64,000 nt of DNA from Eledone cirrhosa (taxonomy: Eukaryota): NCBI GenBank assembly GCA_964016885.1, contig OZ024742.1, positions 206,832,001 through 206,896,000 on the forward strand, written 5' to 3'. The notes under the pieces were generated by a model. That model was given only the letters and a program-made list of their open reading frames with translations. It made no database searches and was not told the DNA's origin. This document shows, in pieces, positions 27,374 to 38,832 of this stretch; positions within the stretch are counted from its first letter, which is position 1; each line of letters begins with the position of its first letter. Both the position numbers and the translations under genes were made by a program.

Positions 27374-27377
<4 letters not shown>
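24700..27377 (-). mobile_element. R4/Dong-like family A, 5'-truncated young copy
   Basis: Flanked by (ATT)n at 24659-24700 and 27378-27533; 3' UTR matches the other copies. Confidence 0.95.
24775..27366 (-). CDS. Uninterrupted RT-CCHC-RLE reading frame (863 aa) of the R4/Dong-like element; N-terminal domain missing
   Basis: ORF track 863 aa: [73 protein letters not shown]. Confidence 0.85.
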   Translation of the reverse strand: MRNDIGKLESLLNGTLKNIGTKNRLEIKYKTRSKKLNIIIEELKQRIVAKSAKIRRYENRVSQYKQNRMFDNNQKMLFGQLEGKERGTDLIPGAEQAKTFWRGIWEQDVRHNAQAEWIETVQREIGEQAQQQTDLSITVETLKGQAKKLTNWKSPGPDGVQGYWIKHLTSLHPKLTAMFNDCLVSGEVPEWLTKGTTVLIMKDRIKGNDVTNYRPITCLPVMWKLLTSIVSEEIYHHLHTNNLLPDEQKGCRKKSRGTKDQLLIDKMVMGNCRRRHTDLAMGWIDYRKAFDMVPHSWITKSLEIFRVADNIRQLLGRSMGSWETELTSTGVSLGSVKIKRGIFQGDSLSPLLFVLALMPLTIMLRKVRAGYKLGRGELTINHLLFMDDLKLFGKSEKELDVLVDTVRIFSSDICMQFGIGKCGVIVMRRGRLSRSNGIQIPTGEMIKEIDSEEGYKYLGVLEADGIKNKKMKELLRTEYIRRVRSVLKSHLNSRNAISAVNSRAVSIIRYSAGILRWNVAEQKEMDRKTRKLLTIYNMFHKRSDVDRLYLRRSEGGRGLISIEDCVQMEKNNLYKYVTYSKEPMLRAVLKEGTVGQGIPKEEITSRRKSSLKGKSLHSTFFEKTEFRDPQTWNWLRRGDLKKATEGMLMAAQEQALKTKWLKHHIYKEEASPLCRICGEREETVAHIVSECKHLAQTHYKGWRHDVMGRVIHWHLCKVNNLPHSEKWYEHRPEAVMENSQVKVLWDFRIQTDKKLEHNRPDLVVVDKEKRSCLIVDVACPFDTRVQEKEREKINRYQDLKSEVKRIWNCHEVKVIPIVIGALGTISKGFQGWLKKIGPFTLFGTLQKACLLGTARTLRYVLNI

Positions 27378-27416
<39 letters not shown>

Positions 27417-27479
27417 ATTATTATTATTATTATTATAATTATTATTATAATTATTATTATTATTATTATTATTATTATA

Positions 27480-27533
<54 letters not shown>
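27378..27533. repeat. (ATT)n microsatellite
   Basis: About 155 bp of near-perfect ATT repeat. Confidence 0.97.
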
Positions 27534-27534
<1 letters not shown>

Positions 27535-27535
<1 letters not shown>

Positions 27536-27724
27536 AGGCGGGGAATTGGCAGTATTGGTAGAGGGTCGGACCCCATGCTTTGCAGCAAAGAGTTACGGCT
27601 CTTTATGATCTGAGTTCAAATCCCGCTGAGGTTAACTTTGCCTTTCATCCTTACGGGGGTCGATTAAATAAAGTACCAGTAATGCACTGGGTATTTGCTG
27701 GCCTTGTGCCTAAAGTAGAAACAA
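27535..27724 (+). mobile_element. SINE family 1
   Basis: Full copy between ATT tracts. Confidence 0.9.
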
Positions 27725-27741
27725 TTATTATTATTATTATT

Positions 27742-30700
27742 GTTCTTTGAGTCTCAGTCATTGATGTTAGTTAATGGAAAGTTTGTTGAAATGAATATCA
27801 AGCCACTACCTGCAGCATCAGATATTCAGGACGTATCGGAGGGTTTTTGCTGTTTCAAGCAAGCATGCCTTTTGAAGTGTTCCAAAAAGCGTGGCGGGGC
27901 CAATTTTCTTTAACCATCCCTGGAAACTTTTTGAGATAGTACCTAGTGCGCCTATGACAATCGGGACCACTTTGACTTCATGGCAAATCCTTTTTACCTC
28001 CCACTTTAAGTCCTGGTATCGGTTAATTTTCTCCCTCTCCTTCTCTTGCACTCTCGTGTCGAATGGGCAGGCCACATCCACAATCAGGCACGATCTTTTT
28101 TCTTTGTCCACAACCACCAGGTCAGGTCTATTGTGTTCCAGTTTCTTGTCCGTCTGTATCCTAATATCCCACAGCACCTTCACCTGATCGTTTTCTATCA
28201 CCGCCTCTGGCTTATGCTCATACCACTTCTCAGAATGTGGTAAATTGTTTACTTTGCATAGGTGCCAGTGGATCACCCTGCCCATCACATCATGTCTCCA
28301 GCCCTTATAGTGAGTCTGGGCTAGGTGTTTACACTCGGATACAATGTGAGCCACAGTCTCCTCTCTCTCTCCACAGATCCTGCACAGTGGCCTAGCCTCC
28401 TCCTTGTAAATATGGTGTTTCAACCACTTCGTTTTGAGGGCCTGCTCCTGCGCAGTCATTAGCATTCCTTCTGTAGCCTTTTTAAGGTCTCCTCTTTTCA
28501 ACCAGTTCCATGTTTCTGGATCTCTGAATTCAGTTTTCTCAAAGAAGGTACTATGAAGGGATTTTTCATGAAGGCTGCTCTTTCTCCTTGTTGTTATTTC
28601 CTCCTTGGACAACCCCAGGTCTATTGTCCTCTCCTTCAGTACAATTCTGAGCATTGGCTCCTTACTATCTGTCACGTATTTGTGTAGGTTGTTTTTCTCC
28701 ATCTGAACACAGTCCTCTATGCTGATAAGACCTTTTCCGCCTTCCGATCTCTTTATGTAGAGTCTATCGACATCACTCCTCTTGTGGAACATGTAGATAT
28801 TCAATAGCTTCCTAGTCTTCCTATCCATTTCTTTTTGTTCAGCAACATTCCATCTCAGAATTCCCGCACTGTACCTAATAATAGACACAGCTCGGGAATT
28901 TACTGCACTTATGGCATTCCTACTGTTCAGGTGTGACTTTAATACGCTCCTTACTCTCTGAATGTATTCAGATCTTATCAATTCCTTCATTTTTTTGTTT
29001 TTGATGTCATCAGCCTCCAGAACACCCAAATACTTGTATCCTTTTTCAGTGTCAATTTCCTTTATCATCTCACCTGTTGGTACCTGGATTCCGTTGCTTC
29101 TGCTCAATTTACCCCTCTTCATCACAAGGACTCCACACTTACTAATACCAAATTGCATACATATATCACTGCTGAAAATACGGACAGTGTCAAAAAACAC
29201 ATCCAACTCCTACTCACTCATCCCGAAGAGCTTAAGGTCGTCCATGAAGAGGAGGTGATTGATGGTAAGCTCTCCCTTTCCCAACTTGTATCCTGCTCTC
29301 ACTTTTCGCAGTATAATGGTCAGGGGCATCAGGGCAAGGACAAACAACAGAGGGGACAAACTATCTCCCTGGAAGATACCTCTCTTGATCCTCACGTCTC
29401 CCCAGGATTCTCCAGCTGATGTTAACTCTGTTTCCCAGGACTTCATACTTTTGCCCAACAACTGTCTGATGTTATCTGCCGCTTTGAAGATCTCTAGCCT
29501 TTTGGTGATCCAAGAATGAGGCACCATGTCAAATGCCTTTTTGTAGTCTATCCATCCCATGGCAAGACCAGTGTGTCTCCTCTTGCACTTCCTCATTACC
29601 ATCTTATCAATAAGTAACTGGTCCTTTGTATCACGGGACATCTTTCGGCATCCTTTCTGTTCATACGGTAACAAGTTGTTTGTGTGGAGGTGATGGTAGA
29701 TTTCCTCAGACATAATGCTTGTCAACAGTTTCCACATTACGGACAGACATGTGATAGGTCTATAGTTGGTAACATCATTACCCTTGATTCGGTCTTTCAT
29801 TACCAGAACTGTGGTACCTTTTGTCAACCACTCTGGTACCTCACCTGACATCAATCAGTCATTGAACATGGTTGTCAGTTTCGGGTGGAGGGATGTTATA
29901 TTTTTAATCCAATACCCCTGCACACCATCTGGGTTTGGTGATTTCCAGTTGGTTAGTTTTTTGGCCTGCCCCTTAAGAGTTTCAACTGTGATACTCAAAT
30001 CAGTTTGTTGGTGTGCCTGTTTACTAATCTCCTTTTGTACTGGCTCAATCCACACTGCCTGGTCATTATGTTTAACATCCTGCTTCTATATTCCTCTCCA
30101 GAACGTCTTAGTTTGTTCTGCCTCAGGGATCAAGTCGTTGCCTCTTTCTTTCTTTTCAAGCTGTCCAAACAGCATCTTCTGGTTGTTGTCAAACATGCGG
30201 TTCTGTCTATACTGACTGACTCTGCTCTCGTATCGCCTAATTTTTGCACTCTTTGCTACAATGCCTTGCTTCAGTTCCTCTATGATAATAATTAGCTTTT
30301 TCCTCCTAGTTTTGTACTTTATTTCCAGTCCATGTTTAGTGTCTATGTTTTTTAGTGTCCCATTCAGTAGGGACTCAAGCTTTCCAATGTCTTTTCTCAT
30401 TCCCCTGATTTGACCATTCAGTCGTTTCTTCCACCAAGGTTCTGATCATTCTTGTTTGTTGTTTCCTCTCACTTTTATGCCAAGTAATTTCCTCACTGCA
30501 TTTTCTGTTGCTTTGAGGATGGTGTTGCACTGGTGAAGGTTCCTTGCCTCAAGGTATGGGATGACTTTGTTTACCTTAGCTGTTGTTTCTTTTAACTTTT
30601 TCCTGTCTACAAATCTTATGTTCATAGGTTTCCCACTATCATTGTTCAATTCATCTACCACTAGTTTATTATATCAACCAAATCTTGTCCTTGCCCGTCA

Positions 30701-31243
30701 GCATTCATCTTCCCAATGGCCGTATCTTTGTTCCAGGTATTATTTATTTCAGCATTCAGATCATTGTCTGCTTCGGATGGTTCCTCCATTCTCTCAACCT
30801 CTTCACCTTCTTTTCCCACTGGCTCGTTTGCCTGGCATACTCCACTCTCCATTTCCAACCTAATCTCTCTGCTCAGTTCCTCCACTTCCAGCTCGCTAAT
30901 CCACCTATTAGTTTTTATTACCCGAGCCTGCCCGGCCAATTTTTGTTCATCTAATTTAAATAGACCAATATCGTTCCAGATGTTATGCATCTGTTTCCTA
31001 TAGCCTTTCTCCTTGGGGTTACTCTTCAGGTAACATTGCATAACAGTTCTATTCAATTCTTTCGTCCAATTGGTTCTGGTCCCTTTCCTTCTTCTTCTTC
31101 CTCCGACACCAGCAGTATTTGGTTGACAGCCAGGTCCCTGCTGCTGAGCCAGGGAGCACCTGCTGGGTGAGAGTCTGTCACATGACATTCCAGTCTCCAC
31201 TTCACCTTTATTTGAACTGTTTAGGTTCGACATTTAAACACTT
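27742..31243 (-). mobile_element. R4/Dong-like family A, whole coding region, degenerate, lacking most of the 5' UTR
   Basis: ORF fragments from 31233 (MSNLNSS..) to 27818 (..RYVLNI); TAA repeats at both ends. Confidence 0.93.
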
Positions 31244-32948
31244 TTATTATTATTATCATTATTATTATTATTATTATTATTATAGTAGTAGTAGCAGAAA
31301 TCAATATAAAGAAAATAATTGAAAGAAACATCATCATTATATATTCATCATCAACAAGTTGTTACTCTAGTTGTTTCTTTTATAGCATTCCAAATTAAGG
31401 CAATTGAAGTTTAATTTGAAATACATCCTTGCATCATGTATTTCAAGACACAAGCGAAGAAAACAGAAACAAAAAAATATCAATTGTAATAACAAACTAT
31501 TGAAATTTTTTAAAATAAATTTCCTACTGCTATGAACTAGTATAGTTAATTTTGAAAAGAATAATCTAATAAAATAAATTAATCAAGAAAAATTAGAAAA
31601 TTTAAAGAATAAATGACATTCTCCCTCTCTGAAAAAATAGGAAAAAGTTAACAAAAAAAAAAAAGAAATTTTCCAAAAATAGTAATTGTTGATCTTAATG
31701 CTGTAAGGTGGTATTAATTTCTCACTGAATAATTATAATTGTTTCTACTTTTGGCACAAGGCCAGCATTAACCAATATTATCTGAATAATTATAATATTG
31801 GTTAATGCTGTTTGCTCATATTTAAATTGTATTTGGCTGCTATTTTAGATGTACCATTTCTATTTTTAACAGAATTCCAATACTGAATATCTCTATAGTT
31901 TTTTGGATTTTTTTCTCATCTAATTTGAGATATTAAAAATGAATGAATGTTTATATGGAATCAAATATGGATGAATTCAATTTCACCGAGAAATTCAATT
32001 TCATGAAGATCTTTTTCAGCAGCTTTAGGATGAGGATCAAACCGACCTGCTTCATTGTTTGGCAGAATTGTTAAAGCTTTGGACAAAATGCCTTGTGGTA
32101 TTTATTTATGCTCCTTTAAATTCTAAGTTCAAATCTTCCTGGAGTCAACTTAAATTTTCATCTATCCAGGATTGATAAAATAAGGTCACAGTCAAGAGGT
32201 GTAATGGATATGATCAATTATATCCTTCCTAAAATTAGAGGAATGTAGCAAGTGGTGGGATGCTGTGTTGCAGAGGACCCATTCAACATACCCTAGCCTA
32301 GAAAAGGGGATGTAAAACTAATGATGATGAATGCTACAAAAAGTAACTCAGATGACAAAGACTTAATATAACATTCTGAGATTTTACATCTATTAAAATT
32401 AAGAAAAGCAATTATGTGCATGTATATTTGTGGGAGCGAGTGGGAGAGGGAGTGGGATGGAGAGAAGAGGGAAAGAGAGAGAGAAAGGGGGGAAAATTGA
32501 GAGGAAGAAAGTGAGGGTATGAGAGAGGGAAAGAAAGAAATAGAAAGAGGGAGATAGAGTGAAGAAAAAAGAGGGAGATATAGAGAGAGGGGGTGACATA
32601 AAAAGGGGAGATAAAGAAAGATGAAAGTGATGGAAACAAGATTAAAAGAAAAGAAAAAGAAACTAAATCTTACAATTTACTACAAAAATATTTTGTAGAT
32701 AAAAAAGTGAAAAAAAAAAAAAGGAAAAAAGAATCAGCATAATATCAAAAATACAACACAGAATTTGTTGGCACTTCTCCGAAATATCTTCTCCTAAAGC
32801 AAAAATTTATGTAAATTCTAGGTGTAAATGGTAAAGAGGATTTTCAAAATATATTAATTAAATAAAAATAGATAAGATATGAAGGATACAACAGAAAATT
32901 GTTGTGTGAAGAAGTATATTTTTGTACTTCATATATAAATATAAAGAT

Positions 32949-33107
<159 letters not shown>

Positions 33108-33177
33108 TGTTATGTATTTCCGTAGAAAAGGTAAAGATAAGATGAGTGCTCTAAGTATAATACAAAGCTATTTAATT

Positions 33178-33388
33178 ATATAACAAACAGCACAATATAA
33201 TTATTCAATTATCTAGGGTTTCATGAAATTAGAAGATTCTAACAGAACGTTCAGTTCACTCATCAGATGAAATATTTAGGTTAACATAAATATTTCATCT
33301 GATGAGGGAACAGGACGTTTCTGTTAGAATTGTCTAATTTCATGAAACCTTAGATAATGGAATAATTATATTGTGTTGTTTGTTATAT
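33178..33388. repeat. Fold-back palindrome (~100 bp arms) with a degenerate hammerhead core in each arm
   Basis: Arms are reverse-complementary around ggttaaca. CTGATGA at 33299 (+) and TCATCAG at 33260; GAAAC at 33344. Confidence 0.85.
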
Positions 33389-33427
33389 GTTAATCGATGA
33401 TGATGATGATATATATATATATAATGA

Positions 33428-33670
33428 TAATAATAAAAGGATGATTTGTTATGTCTTCATTAGGTTTATTGAGTAGTGACGCGCTTTCACTATTAATCAG
33501 TTCAAGGTTTGATCTATATTAATCTAGCAAAAATCTGGAATTGATGAGCTATTGATTCCAGAGTCGGGCTAGATCGATACAGATCAAACCTTGAGCTGAT
33601 CAATACAGAAACGCACGTGACTACTCAATAAACGAAATGAAGACATAACAAATTGTACTTCTATTATTAT
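33428..33670. repeat. Second fold-back palindrome (~110 bp arms)
   Basis: atttgttatgtcttcatt..tcaaggtttgatct..ctggaat pairs with attccag..agatcaaaccttga..aatgaagacataacaaat. Confidence 0.85.
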
Positions 33671-33689
33671 AATTACACACTGCTTAGTT

Positions 33690-36600
33690 CTACAACACTT
33701 TACCGACATGAAACTACACATTGAGTGCTCACTTGGGAAAAACTGACCCCGAAGCGGAAATTGGAGTCTTTGGAAGGTGAACGGAATTTCTGCTCTCGAG
33801 GGAATGAGAGGAATTCTCAGAATGAAGACATCATCACCTTTTCTGCATCCAGAATTGATTGTTGCCTCGATTACATGTGCCATCAATTTTTTTACAGCCA
33901 GCCGTGTCACGTTGCACAGTCTTGGTGGTTCCAAATTCCGCAGCAGCATTACTGGGATGCCAACTTTAAGGAGAAGCATGTGAAGCAGTAGTCCTGGGGG
34001 CTGCAAAGAATTGAGGAACTCCGGCGGAAAGTTCACCACTTCATTGGGATCTGGCATCGTGTCAACAGATTTGTAAGTGTGAAGAACACCAGGAAGGGAG
34101 TGCAGTAGTTGGTCGTTGGTTTTGTTAACAGCGAAGTTTTTTGGAGCTAGCACTGCTCTTTCACACAACCATGCATGGTTCTGGTAATTGTCTCTCAAAT
34201 CTGGAAAAACTTTGTCTTTCAGCTCCCCCGCAGAATTAATTGAGGTCTAAAATGGCCACACTTCCAGCTCTCCTGCAGCCTCCAGAGGTATTTTGTCGTC
34301 GCCAAGTTTCAAAATATCCTGTGCAAATTCCGCGGACGTTTGGTCGCCGTGTAATTGAGCTCTCATGTTGGTTGTAAGAATCAGTGTCCTGACATGGCGT
34401 CACGGAGGAGAGGACTTCAGGCATGCTTGGACCTCATCTGCTCTTGTGCCTTTGGGAATGACGGGAAGAGTCTGCCTGAAGTCACCCGAAAGCAGAAGCG
34501 TAACACCTCCCATGGGAGCCTGGAAGCCTCTGATGTCCTTTAGAGCTCTGTTTAATGCGTCCAGAGCTCGATTATGGGCCATAGTGCACTCATCCCACAC
34601 AATGAGCTGACATCGTTTTAGGACTTGGCCTTAGTCGGAGGTCTTGCTGATGCTGCAAGTAGGCGTTTCTGACGTTGTTAAATTGAGAAGCAATTTAAAA
34701 CTGGAGTGTGCGGGCCTGCCACCGTGCAACAAAGTGGCAGAAATTCCAGAAGAGGCACCAGCAACCGCAATGTCCTTGCGCATCCTGACTTTTGCAAGGA
34801 GGAGTCTCATTAAAAATGTTTTGCCCGTCCCTGCAGGAGCATCCAGAAAAAACATACCTCCTTTTCTGTGGCGCACATGGTCGGCAACAATGGTGTAAGC
34901 ACGACGTTGGTCCGGAAGAAGTTGTGGCTCAGTTTCAAGGAGTACTTGGTAAGAGCATCGACGTCGTAGGACGTTTCTCGGAGAAGAGCTGTAGGAAGTA
35001 CGTTTGAGCCTGTGCGGATTGTTTGGGGCAGACCATATGAGGGCAAATAATTTCTGCCGAGTGATGCAACTCTATCCTCTATGTCAATCAACGCTAGATT
35101 GAAGACCTCGTCGCTGGTACGTTCCATCTCAGGGTATTGCACTTGTGCCTGACGTTTGTAGTCCTCGGATAAGTCATCTTTATACTTGAGCCACAAAGAA
35201 ATAGGATTACTCAGTTCGCAAGTTTGCAGCAGTACTGCAAATAGAGATCGTAGGTGCATAGGCGATTGAGATGCAACAGCTTCGAATAAAGTGGCATCCC
35301 ACTGCGCACCGTCTTCTAGCAGGCCGCGCTTGAAGCAAGCTTCCCTGTAAGTGCTGCACATGGAACCGTCGGCAGTTCTAAGGTCATGTAGCAGAAGACG
35401 GAGGTAGAAGTACTCATGCTGGTTCGGGTGTACTGTGTAAACTCTCCCTAGGCAACTGTCAAACTTTATGCCAGGATGTCCATCAACAGGCTGACCTGCC
35501 TTTCTGCGAACCCATTGTTATTTATTCCATGTGTAATTGGACGACACCTGAGGATACAGCAGGGTTTGAGCAAATGAATCGGCCTGACACAGTTTGAAGA
35601 ATGCAGTGAGGGTGGTTTCCCATGGTTCCTCCACCATTTGAGCAGCATTAACGTCAGTAAAGTACACCCTTTGACCGTTCTCCAGGTGGACTGCGAGCTG
35701 TTCAATTGCAGGGTGCCTTTGGTGTACAGGGAAGCCGAAAATACGCCAGAAAGCTTCGTTGCTGCTGATGTAACGGCCAACTTGGCATTGCGTGACCTCA
35801 TCACGCATGTTGTCTTGTTGAAGACCGAACATAGCAGCGTCTGAACCCTTATTCACATATTTACATATGTACTTGATTGACTTGACGGAATTACAGAACT
35901 CGACATTGATGTGAGCACCGAAGGTCTTGGAAAGAAATGGGCAGTATGGCACTATCCATCTGTTGTCGACCTCGTGCTGTCCAACTGTTGGCGTCGCCTG
36001 TACAGTGGGTATCCGTCAACGCCAGTCTGGGTTACTTGGAGGAACTTTCGGGGAAATCTTTTGCTGCAGACATTGTCGTTCAAGCAGGGTGAGCTTAAAT
36101 TGAAACCCCGCCCACATGGACCATGGACTATGTTTGTCTTCACTATGTCATAGAGGTCTTTGTCTATAGACAGAGCAGGAAACTCTGCGGAGATGATGCT
36201 GTCAATGTCATTGAAGATATGTTTGTTGACAGCCAAATGAGGATGTGGGCGTGCGGTCGGCCCCTATTCTGCCACTCTACGGTGTACATGTCGCACTTTA
36301 CTGGGCCAAAGACTTGCTCTCTCTTGATGAGCTCCATGAGATTGATAAGCTTCAGCCGAAAGACTCGGGCCAGGAGGTTATGCCTGTCTTTGGCCTGTTG
36401 CCCTTGGACCAGTTTTGTCCCGATCTCCTTCCACTTTGGATTGCAAGTGAATGTAATGAACAGATCGGGCCTGCTGTAATGCCGTACGTAGGTCATAGCA
36501 TCCTGCGTTCTCTCGTGCAGACTTCCGGTGAAGGTGGAGAGGAGAATGCAGACTTTTCCTACGCAGCTGGGAGCTGTCTCTCCGATTCCATTTTTGCGCA

Positions 36601-38697
36601 TATATCAACGGTGGATTGCTGTAGTAGGTCTCTTGACTGGTGCAGGTGATTGAAGGAATCGTGGTGAACCATGAAGCTGTAGAAGTAGAAATCCATACAT
36701 GAAACTGGCTTTTTGACGGAGTGTTGAATGTTTACTGGATTATGCTGGTGAATTCCGTACTGATAGCCGTCCTCACCATTTACAAAGAGAAGTGGATACT
36801 GGAGCGCGCCGTAAGACCTATGTGTTTCGCTGATTCGCTGAAGAGTGCTATCTCAACGCTTGAGGAAAATGTCTCGTGGATTATACTGACCCCATGCATA
36901 AGTACAGCGATTTCATTGCATGCAGGATAATTATACCGACCCGGATACTCCCCAGATGACATTTTCGAGGCATCAATTACCACATTAAAATTGGCTGTGG
37001 TATCTGCTTCCAAGGCATACTTGAAGCTAATGACAAAGCTGTTTTTTGTGTGCAGAATGTCTTGCAGTTTCCTTATAAGCTCGATGTTGGTACCAGGTGA
37101 AAAGGAGTTCCTCATGGCTGCCTGTTCGTTGACATTCCCAACAAAGTACAGCTGAAGAAATTGAGGTTCTTGATTGGCGGCAGGTTGGAGGGATCCGATT
37201 CTATGGTACACCTGACCTTGCACCTTAAATATGGGCATAAATCCGCCTTCCTTTACAATGTTCGCCCCGAAAGATGTCATTTGGAAAGCACAGTTATACC
37301 TCCGGATGTAAGTCAGGAAATGCCGTGACTCCGCAGTACTGCCTGAATATAGGAGCTTCAACGGTTGTGGTGGATCCTCCAGGGGACGTAATTTTACTTT
37401 TCCGTTTGCGCAACACAAGCCAGGTGTTTCTCCGGGCTACTTTTAGAGTATGTTTTTGGCATACTCCCAATTCGCATGTGTGGATGGCCACTGTAATCAA
37501 AGTCAGGGTTGTACTCGAATGCTTTTAAGGACCATCGTGAGCAACACGGCCTTGAAATACCCTGCCCAAAGGCCCTTCGTTGAGCATTACATTGTAGTCG
37601 AATGTCTCGTTTTTGCGAGGTCTGTGTAGCTTGCGCAGCAGCAGTATTCGCAGCATCCGTACTCCGACGTCTTTTACGCTGGTCTTCCGTCTCGGCAGCT
37701 CGTGCAACAGAAGTTGATGCGGCATTAGCGGTTCGGCGAATGGTTCGTTGGTTGTCTGTTTCAAGTGTTCTTCTGGTGGCAGCACGTTTAGCATCTTGCG
37801 ACCGTCGAATAGCAGATTCCACTGACGATTCGTTTGCCTGCCCTGTTCTTGTTGTTGCTGCTTTCGCAGATTTTCGGCCAATGGAGTATCTCTTCCTTCG
37901 AGGCATGACCTAAAAGCAGGACGAAGTACACTGAAACTCACTGGTAGAGTAAGGAGTAAACTCGTCAGTGAATTAAAAACCGATGCATGTGATTTCCGAA
38001 CGGTTGACTATGTAATTGCTAAGCCACGAGTGCCGTCTTAACCGGGGTATGGATAGGGAGAGAGGTAACAGTAAGAGCAGCGGTTGGAATAAGTGTAAGT
38101 GAGTGAATATGTTGTCACTGAAAAAATGGCGTAAGTGAAACGCCACACGCACGTACACACACACACTCACGCACGCAAACGCACAAACGCACGCAAACTC
38201 ACGCACGTGTGCACGTACACACATGTTAATAGATTTAACTCTTAGTGGAACGCTGCACGAACACACACATGTTAATTAGTTATAGCTTTCCTTTCCATCT
38301 TCCACTGTGATGTATCAAACCCAGCGTCTGTCGCTCTCTCTCTCGCTCTTTTTCTCCCACTATCCCCCTCTTTTAGTCTGTCTGTTTCTTTCACTCACTC
38401 TTTTTCTTTATAACTCATTCACATTTCTCCCCTCTATCGAAAAACGCTGTGACGAATGGGAAGGAGGAGTAGAGAGACACTTCGTCACTTCGATTCTCCG
38501 TTTCTTTCTCCTCACTCCCTCATTATGTACAGACATTGGCCACTTCACTAATTCGATCCCTAGGACTAAATAATTTGAAAATTCGTTTCGCTCAAAACAC
38601 TCACAGGGCCATACGTATTAGATGTGTAAAGTTTGAAAAAAGACGGTTGGGTACTTCTCAGACATTCTACAGACATTCTTTGTTTTATATATATAGA
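33690..38697 (-). mobile_element. Helitron (rolling-circle transposon), degenerate Rep-Pif1 helicase, 3' end lost
   Basis: Minus-strand fragments: PDLFITFTCNPKW, VEWQNRGRPHAHILIW (HUH), SIKYICKYVNKG (catalytic Tyr pair), FFLDAPAGTGKTFL (Walker A), WDECTM, GDFRQTLPV, MLLRNL..RLCN, RLQFPL. 5' end A|TCTATATATATAAAA at 38697. ORF start probably at 37906. Confidence 0.93.
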
Positions 38698-38704
38698 TAT
38701 ATAT

Positions 38705-38790
<86 letters not shown>

Positions 38791-38832
38791 ATGAAATAAA
38801 GATGGTTATAATAGTTCTATATATTTTATTAT

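Noticed and set aside
27209-27608. Poly-Ile/poly-Tyr ORFs, and the many YIYI/CVCV/ERER ORFs elsewhere
   Set aside because: Translations of ATT, TA, TG and GA microsatellites, not genes.
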